Shown here: one piece after another, positions 26,401 to 32,000 of the stretch
Position numbering within the stretch: position 1 is the first letter of the stretch
Layout of the letters: each line of letters opens with the position of its first letter
Assembly (NCBI RefSeq): GCF_000175255.2
Contig: NC_017262.1
Location: 1,170,001-1,202,000, forward strand
Source of the DNA: Zymomonas mobilis subsp. mobilis ATCC 10988
Lineage (GTDB): Bacteria; Pseudomonadota; Alphaproteobacteria; Sphingomonadales; Sphingomonadaceae
Length of the DNA: 32,000 nt
Direction of reading: 5' to 3'
Notes under the pieces: model-generated
What the model was told of the DNA's origin: nothing
Database searches by the model: none
The model's input: the letters and a program-made list of their open reading frames with translations, nothing else
Program-made: the position numbers and the translations under genes

Positions 26401-27704
26401 AGATGCGATAATCCATCAGATAGAAGCGTTTCGCCTTCCAAAGTCGCCGCTTCATAATGCTCTTTCCCAAAAGAAAGCCAGCCTGCTTTGAGCTGATAAC
26501 TGAAATGTCCTTTTTCAAAGCTACCATCCAGATGGTTTAGAAGGGTAATATGCTCGCCTTCCATCTTAGGATCGAGCGCTTTGCTTTGCCTTAACAGGGT
26601 CTCGATGACGATCGAATGATAAAGACCCTTGGCAAAATCAATGCCGCCTTGGCTTTTTATATCAAGCGTTGGGGAAAGAAGGCGTATCTGACCATTGATG
26701 CTATGATCTTTCTGGTCAAATTCTGATAAAATACGGGTTTCACTACCCAATAAACGGGCTGTATTGGGCTTAACAAGGCGCGATAACGCCGCCCAACCCG
26801 CAATATACCAGTGACCTTTATTTTGTTTTAAATGGATATCAGCCAGCGGATTCTGGTCGAGTAAAGCATGAATATGCCCTTGCCAGTTTGTCCATTCTCC
26901 TTGCCCGTTTAAATCGGCAGCGAGTGTTTTTTTAATTCCGGTAAGATCAGCAATCGATCCTTTTTCTGGTGCCAATAGATTGGCTTTTAACGCAAATCTG
27001 TTTTTTTCAGGATTGATGTCTGCCAGAAAATGAAAGCTGTCTTTTAAGGTCGAAGTAATTGTGATTTCAGCCTTTAACTGGCCGGAAGTCGATAGCGCAT
27101 GACCTCGGATATCCATAACGGGAATAGCCGTTATATTCTGTTGAGGGTTATTTCTCTTTTGGGGAATAATTTCGATATGGGTCAGTATCAGATGGTCTAT
27201 TCTGATATAGCTATTGGGTAGCCGAAAGGGTTTTCCTTGTGATTTAAGCCGTGGCAAACGCCATAAGCGGGCAGAATTGGCCTGTAATGTCTGAATATCC
27301 CAATGTTTTTTCCATAGATCCCATAATCGCCAATCCAGCGTAAGGTTGGGTATTTCAAGAAAAACGCCATCAAGATCATAAAAGCGGAGTTTCTCTATCT
27401 GCATTTTATGCCAGATAGAGCCATCAATATGTTCTATTGAAAAATGCAGACCAGTTGGCAGTTTTTGTTTTCTAATTTCATCGATAATTAGGCGATGTCC
27501 AATGGATGAATCTAGAAAAAGCAAAAAAATCGCCGGAAGAGCCACCGCAAAAAAAAGGATGGGAAGAAGAATAAAACGCCAGAGATGCCGCAATTTTGAT
27601 TGTTTTTGTCCGGCTTTTTCCTTTTCTATCGGCGAATGAATCTCTGCCATTTCCTCGGGCAAAGTTTCTTTGGATTCCGGCGGCATATCCTGTTTTTCGG
27701 GCAT
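23427..27704 (-). CDS. tamB: Translocation/assembly module inner-membrane component TamB (DUF490)
   Basis: 1425 aa with an N-terminal transmembrane anchor, long beta-rich repeats and the conserved C-terminal DUF490 region ending NPAMPEDELLAQLLFGSSITNLSAPEALQLASALNQL...RLRITSS...VEVETDGQGYSLTSVQFQINRWLSL. Confidence 0.93.
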   Translation of the reverse strand: MPEKQDMPPESKETLPEEMAEIHSPIEKEKAGQKQSKLRHLWRFILLPILFFAVALPAIFLLFLDSSIGHRLIIDEIRKQKLPTGLHFSIEHIDGSIWHKMQIEKLRFYDLDGVFLEIPNLTLDWRLWDLWKKHWDIQTLQANSARLWRLPRLKSQGKPFRLPNSYIRIDHLILTHIEIIPQKRNNPQQNITAIPVMDIRGHALSTSGQLKAEITITSTLKDSFHFLADINPEKNRFALKANLLAPEKGSIADLTGIKKTLAADLNGQGEWTNWQGHIHALLDQNPLADIHLKQNKGHWYIAGWAALSRLVKPNTARLLGSETRILSEFDQKDHSINGQIRLLSPTLDIKSQGGIDFAKGLYHSIVIETLLRQSKALDPKMEGEHITLLNHLDGSFEKGHFSYQLKAGWLSFGKEHYEAATLEGETLLSDGLSHLPLKLTIKHISGTDHTTEDLTRDLVISGIFHITHNHLIGEKTSLASHFLSGEGLLDIDLKDGSYQADIKPRLTRYPIPEFALLDAEGEIYVEHHAGVDGVKATGHLKTWTENFENAFLKGLMEGAPTLNVDFTRQINGTTDLQKVILQSPALQLNAKGQRDNGNGNPLHLIGSGNQRSYGSLRLKLDGDIAHPHLDIQLDHPVDSLGLKDVNLILEPTQKGYDWNSHGGSPLGNFKGLGRIDVIPRQPTVIHVQNLDISASHFSGDLTAVGRGVNGQLQSSGALTGRINFQVPLNPTSDNEQQINVALTTNNGHLGGVFESVIRHGDINAHIQLGQNTSIVDGLLSGQEIKGKLFDIGQLKGNFHFDRDEGIFHLVASGNRGQPFDIDSLIHLSRDHYSIEGHGSIAHIGLRLDKAAQLTKDKDGGIRLEESRIEITGGGSAKLKGYLGKSKNEGSIALEKIPLSLLDIFHPGLGLGGYAHGQITWQQDQTNIPRGMMNLTLRGLSRSGIFLSSRPIDAGVAAILNPEKLALRAVVQDNNQIVGRAQAEWRNSPNTSFNLTEFRHLPMRAQIRFKGASETLWRLLGIDNIDLSGGLAFFTDVGGTIDHPFLTGKLAMNQGRLEGATTGLTIDQVQMQGNFADTSLIIDQFSGDTSNKGRINGKATINFAAPQGVGLAIRLKADDAVLINRDDFKATVSGDLSLDSQGDGGRISGDIQIKRANYQLGKSSNASIPHLPIKEINRIEENPVTQTPPKAWTLDLKTHAHNRLNVTGMGLDSEWRAELNISGNIDNPSILGRTDLIRGNYDFAGRRFTLDRGNIRFQGEVPVEPALDLTARATLNSTDATIHVTGTALKPEINFTSNPAMPEDELLAQLLFGSSITNLSAPEALQLASALNQLRHGGANVDPINNVRKLARLDRLRITSSSQNSQKTAVAAGKYIGRHTYVEVETDGQGYSLTSVQFQINRWLSLLSSVSTVGRSSGNIRISKDY

Positions 27705-29779
27705 CAGAAGGCCTGCCCTAGGGAGACATACACACCAATACGATTTTCACCAGCATGACGATGGAGCGGGGTGCCAAGGTCAACGCGCATAGGGCCAAAG
27801 CTGGTATAATAACGCAATCCCAAACCTGTCCCCAAACGTAGACCGCTCATGCGTGGTAAGGTTGATGTGTAAAGATTACCGGCATCAAGGAAAGGCACCA
27901 ATCCCAAATCCCCAAAGCGGAAACGGGTTTCAATAGAAAATTCGGCAAGGCTTGAGCCACCAAGCGGTTTTCTGTTGGCATTTAGATTACCAATGGCCTG
28001 ATAACTGAAACCACGAACAGAACCGCCACCGCCAACATAATAACGACGGGACGGCGCAAGGTCACTGCTGTCGCTGCCTATAATAGATCCCATTCGGACG
28101 CGTCCGGCCAGCACAATATTATGACCAAGCGGTTGGTAGCCGCTCGCGTCTATTTGGGTTCGGATATAAGGCACTGTTTTGTGCAGAAATGAAATTTCTG
28201 GTGAAGCATGGGCGCTTAATCGAAAGCCTTTTGTCGGGTTCAGCAGATTGTCACTACTATCATACCCCAATTGACCAGGCAGGGCGGCTATCAAATATTG
28301 ATGATGCCCAGCACCATAGGTGTAGTAGCCATTATCGCGTTCGTCTGAACCAATAAATTGGCCGCCAATCGACCAGACCCATTTTTTTTGCCAGATAATA
28401 TTGGTTTCGCGTTCAAAGCTCGCTGATAACGTGGCAGTGCGTGCATCATAAGCGCGCCTTTTGGTATGAAGAACCGAAAGGCTGGAAGACAATATATGGT
28501 CTCTTGCCCCTTTATTGCCTTGCCTTAAAGATGCGCCCACACCTTGGTCGCGCGTTCCCAGAATACCAGAGAAGGTGACCGCGCCTTCCGGCTTTATCAT
28601 ATTACGATGAGTCCAACTAACATCCGAACGAACACCTTCACCATTTCCATAGCCAACCGTTCCAGCAATAGTATGAAGTGGCGCTTTTTCAGTCGTAATC
28701 GCGATATTGGTAACATTCGGATGATCGGGATCTGGCACTGGTTTCAATTGGATAGTGGAAACCAGACTGGTTTGAATAACGGCGCGCCGTAAATCATCAA
28801 GCAATACCGAATCATAAGGGGTGCCAGGGTGAAAACGGGCAATCTCATTAAGGTGATGCGTATCGAGCGGTTGACTGTTTTTGTTAAGGATGATTTCGCC
28901 AAATTTTTGAGGCTTGCCTGTTTCGACATTCATCACCAGACTGCCCGTAAAATTGCTGTGATCGACGATAATATCTGGCTGGGTGATCTGGGCAAAGGGG
29001 AAGCCCAGATGACCGAGTTGTTTCTCCAAATCTTGATCGGCCGAAATAATGGCAGCTTGATCTACTGGGTCATCTTTATGAATCGGGTAAATTTTTTGTA
29101 AGCCTAGTTGTGGCGTATCTTCTTTATCCAAGCCGTTAACCTTGACATCCGTAAAGCGATAAAGCTGGCCGGGGTTAACTTTGAATTCGATAACGACTTT
29201 ATGTTTTTCAATAATAGGGGTTAGGCGCGATTCAACCGAAGCGTCATAATACCCACCAGACTGCAACAAAGCAGTCAGATTTTCGCTGTCACCCCTGATT
29301 CGTCTTCTTATTTGGGCAATATTGGCGCGTTTCCGGCGCGTCATATAAAGCGTTGAAAGACCATTAAAACTACTTTGCCATGTATGCTCGCGCGGCGGCA
29401 AACCTGTAATTTTAACTGTGTAATGATAACCAAGATTATTTTCTGAAACGGAAGATATTTTACTCTTGGAAGATTTCGGTTGGTTATCAGCCTTGCTATT
29501 CACAGAAGGGGATAAATCGCCTTCTGTATTGGAATCTGTTTTTTGAAGATCTGGCCAGTCTACCCCAAGATCAGACCAATTATCCAAAGGTGCCATTGAA
29601 AAACCTTTGCTGTTGTCGGTCATGATGTTTTTTTGGGGTGGCGGCTTTGCCTTGACCGCTTCGATATAGGTCAAAAAAAACGTTGCTGCGATCACCCATG
29701 ATGCAACATGTTTTTGTCTTTTCTTCTTTAAAAAGCCTGCCTCTTTGATGGGAAAAGGCCTGAAGAAACAGGTCATCAA
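27704..29779 (-). CDS. tamA: Outer-membrane assembly factor TamA (POTRA plus BamA-like barrel)
   Basis: 691 aa with POTRA-like repeats (KVNPGQLYRFTDVKVNG) and an Omp85 barrel with GGGGSVRGFSYQAIG and C-terminal GPMRVDLGTPLHR...GVYVSLGQAF. Coupled to tamB by TGATG. Confidence 0.92.
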   Translation of the reverse strand: MMTCFFRPFPIKEAGFLKKKRQKHVASWVIAATFFLTYIEAVKAKPPPQKNIMTDNSKGFSMAPLDNWSDLGVDWPDLQKTDSNTEGDLSPSVNSKADNQPKSSKSKISSVSENNLGYHYTVKITGLPPREHTWQSSFNGLSTLYMTRRKRANIAQIRRRIRGDSENLTALLQSGGYYDASVESRLTPIIEKHKVVIEFKVNPGQLYRFTDVKVNGLDKEDTPQLGLQKIYPIHKDDPVDQAAIISADQDLEKQLGHLGFPFAQITQPDIIVDHSNFTGSLVMNVETGKPQKFGEIILNKNSQPLDTHHLNEIARFHPGTPYDSVLLDDLRRAVIQTSLVSTIQLKPVPDPDHPNVTNIAITTEKAPLHTIAGTVGYGNGEGVRSDVSWTHRNMIKPEGAVTFSGILGTRDQGVGASLRQGNKGARDHILSSSLSVLHTKRRAYDARTATLSASFERETNIIWQKKWVWSIGGQFIGSDERDNGYYTYGAGHHQYLIAALPGQLGYDSSDNLLNPTKGFRLSAHASPEISFLHKTVPYIRTQIDASGYQPLGHNIVLAGRVRMGSIIGSDSSDLAPSRRYYVGGGGSVRGFSYQAIGNLNANRKPLGGSSLAEFSIETRFRFGDLGLVPFLDAGNLYTSTLPRMSGLRLGTGLGLRYYTSFGPMRVDLGTPLHRHAGENRIGVYVSLGQAF

Positions 29780-30477
29780 TCCGGCTTGACCACGGCATCT
29801 GGCATCATATCATCGGAAAAACTGGCGAGAGTAGGAATAAGTTCCTGATAATTGCTAATAACACGGTCGGCGCCCAAAGCAGTAGCCGGAACATCAGAAT
29901 AACCAAAGCTTACCAGAATAACGGGTAAATCGGCATTGTGGCCTGTTTTGACATCAGTAATAGAGTCGCCAATAAAGGCTGTCCGGCCGCCGCCCATTGC
30001 ATGGATCGCTTCGAGTAAAGGCTTTGGATCGGGTTTTCTGACTGAAAAGCTGTCGCCGCCAATAATATCTGAAAAATAGTGATCCCAACCCAGCTGGTGG
30101 ATAATCGGCCGCGCCAGACATTCCGGTTTGTTGGTATAGACAATCAATTTTAAACCGAGGTCTTGAAGCGCTTTTAATATTTCTTCGACGCCTTCATAGG
30201 GGCGCGTATGTACCAGAACATGCTTTTTGTAATAAGCCAGCATCAAAGGGAATCCTTTGACCATCAATTCCTGATTGATACCGCCCGTCACTTCCAAAGC
30301 TTGTTCCATTAGTCGCCGGATACCTTTACCCATCATTTTTTCGACCTGTTCCTGTGTCGGAACGGGACGTCCCATTTGTTTTAAAGCATAATCAAGGGCT
30401 GCATGAAGGTCAGGTGAACTGTCGATAAGCGTGCCATCGAGATCAAAGCCGATAAAGTCAAATGGAATACGGGACAT
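29776..30477 (-). CDS. gph: Phosphoglycolate phosphatase (HAD superfamily)
   Basis: 233 aa with DLDGTLIDSSPDLHAALD, IVYTNKPE, KPDPKPLLEAI and AFIGDSITDVKTGHNADLPVILVSFGY. Confidence 0.9.
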   Translation of the reverse strand: MSRIPFDFIGFDLDGTLIDSSPDLHAALDYALKQMGRPVPTQEQVEKMMGKGIRRLMEQALEVTGGINQELMVKGFPLMLAYYKKHVLVHTRPYEGVEEILKALQDLGLKLIVYTNKPECLARPIIHQLGWDHYFSDIIGGDSFSVRKPDPKPLLEAIHAMGGGRTAFIGDSITDVKTGHNADLPVILVSFGYSDVPATALGADRVISNYQELIPTLASFSDDMMPDAVVKPD

Positions 30478-30681
30478 AATGGGTAAAAACTCCCTGCTAT
30501 AGAATAAAGGCTATTTATCCCCGTGGGGCGCAGTCATAAGAGACAGAACAACAGCAATAATTTACGATGTCGTGGAAATATATCGGCTTATAGAGATATT
30601 TGCCTGTAAAATTAAGTCTGTTCCTGTTCTGGAAATAGGCACAACTTCATGGCAAAAGCCGAATATAGGAGAGTTTTTGTT

Positions 30682-32000
30682 ATGACTGCTCATAAGCCTT
30701 TTTCTGCTGTTATTCTGGCTGCGGGTAAGGGAACGCGGATGCGTTCGGATACCCATAAGATATTACATGCCCTTGCTGGCAGACCTCTTTTAGGATGGGT
30801 TCTGGACAGCCTTGCTCCGTTATCGCCTGATCATACCGTGGTTGTGACAGGTTCCGGTCGCGAGCAAGTCGAAAATTATCTAAAACAGGTTGATTTGCCC
30901 GTTACCTCGGTTACCCAAGAAGAGCAATTGGGTACGGCACATGCTGTGGCACAGGCTAAATCCGCTTTGAAGGATTTTAAAGGGGATATTGTCGTTCTTT
31001 ATGGCGATGTTCCTTTAGTGCAACCCAAAACGATAAAAGCCTTGCTGGAACGCTTGCATCATGAAGACAAGCCGACAGTGGCCGTTTTAGCGTTCAGACC
31101 TGACGATCCGCGTCAATATGGGCGTATTGTCACTGATAAGACCGCCCATATCCAAAAAATGGTCGAATATAAGGATGCCAGCGAAGAAGAGCGGGCAATC
31201 ACCCTGTGTAATAGTGGCCTATTAGCCATCAGAGCGCATGATCTTTGGCCGTTATTATCACGGGTTCAGAATAATAACGCATCAGGCGAATATTATCTGC
31301 CTGATATTGTTATGCTGGCTTTGTCCGAAGGCTGTCAAGCTGTGACTGTTGATGCGGAGGCTTGGGAAGTTTCCGGCGTCAATAATCGGGCAGAACTCGC
31401 CAGCCTTGAAAGCCTGTGGCAAAATCGCAAGCGGCAGGATGTCATGAAAGACGGGGCTAGTCTGATTGCACCTGAAACCGTTTGGTTCAGCTATGACACT
31501 GAAATCGGGCGAGATGTCATTATTGAACCGCAAGTCTTTTTTGGACGTGATGTTAAAGTTGCCAATGGTGTAACCATTCATAGCTTTAGCCATATTGAGG
31601 GGGCTGACATTAAAGAAAATGTTGAAATAGGCCCCTTTGCACGGTTGAGACCCGGTGCCGAGATTGCTGAAAAAGCTAAAATCGGTAATTTCGTTGAGAT
31701 CAAGAAGTCCAAAGTCGAGAAAGGCGCCAAGGTTAATCACCTGACCTATATCGGGGATGCGACTATTGGCGCAGGTTCTAATATCGGCGGCGGCACTATC
31801 ACCTGTAATTATGATGGCTTTAACAAAAGCCGGACGGAAATTGGCGAGAAAGCCTTTATCGGTTCCAATAGCGCGTTGGTTGCGCCGGTGCGTATCGGGG
31901 CAGGGGCTATTATTGCCGCAGGGTCAACCATTACCCATAATGTGCCAGATGACAGCTTGGCGATTGCCCGATCGGAACAAGAGAACAAGGCCTTATGGGC
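30682..32000 (+). CDS. glmU: Bifunctional N-acetylglucosamine-1-phosphate uridyltransferase / glucosamine-1-phosphate acetyltransferase, runs off the right edge
   Basis: Manual translation from the ATG at 30682 gives MTAHKPFSAVILAAGKGTRMRSDTHKILHALAGRPLLGWVLDSL..., with LYGDVPL and a downstream left-handed beta-helix region (GPFARLRPGAEI...GNFVEIKKSKVEKGAKVNHLTYIGDATIG). Strong SD GGAG upstream. Confidence 0.96.
   Translation, partial: MTAHKPFSAVILAAGKGTRMRSDTHKILHALAGRPLLGWVLDSLAPLSPDHTVVVTGSGREQVENYLKQVDLPVTSVTQEEQLGTAHAVAQAKSALKDFKGDIVVLYGDVPLVQPKTIKALLERLHHEDKPTVAVLAFRPDDPRQYGRIVTDKTAHIQKMVEYKDASEEERAITLCNSGLLAIRAHDLWPLLSRVQNNNASGEYYLPDIVMLALSEGCQAVTVDAEAWEVSGVNNRAELASLESLWQNRKRQDVMKDGASLIAPETVWFSYDTEIGRDVIIEPQVFFGRDVKVANGVTIHSFSHIEGADIKENVEIGPFARLRPGAEIAEKAKIGNFVEIKKSKVEKGAKVNHLTYIGDATIGAGSNIGGGTITCNYDGFNKSRTEIGEKAFIGSNSALVAPVRIGAGAIIAAGSTITHNVPDDSLAIARSEQENKALW

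Overview
This 32 kb window reads as an ordinary chromosomal segment of an alphaproteobacterium. Gene content and sequence style suggest a sphingomonad such as Zymomonas; that is an inference from memory, not a database result. I see no phage, transposase, CRISPR array, integron or obvious defence island. Main content, left to right: ribB/ribBA (runs off the left edge), ribE and ribD (minus); a small membrane protein; a response regulator, LysM-FecR protein and CHASE2 histidine kinase operon (plus); a small secreted protein, glpX and hom (minus); an MgtC-family gene whose conserved N-terminus is out of frame with its best start; an acyl-CoA dehydrogenase, hotdog-type CoA hydratase and CitE-like lyase cluster (plus); a lipoprotein and tRNA-Ser(GCU) (minus); an oligopeptidase B-like gene (minus) divergent from an aminopeptidase P (plus); glnB/glnK and glnA with two tandem terminators; a Bcr/CflA MFS transporter; gph-tamA-tamB (minus); and glmU (runs off the right edge). 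The best leads are: (1) the regulator / LysM-FecR / CHASE2 kinase triad as an envelope-sensing module; (2) the three-gene C5-dicarboxyl-CoA-like cluster, which has a strong terminator-like hairpin inside it and no adjacent CoA-transferase; (3) the apparent frameshift in a T6 tract near the start of mgtC; (4) a pair of TCTGACA/TGTCAGA palindromes about 33 bp apart in the ptrB/pepP divergent promoter region. I did not find a convincing undescribed multi-gene system.
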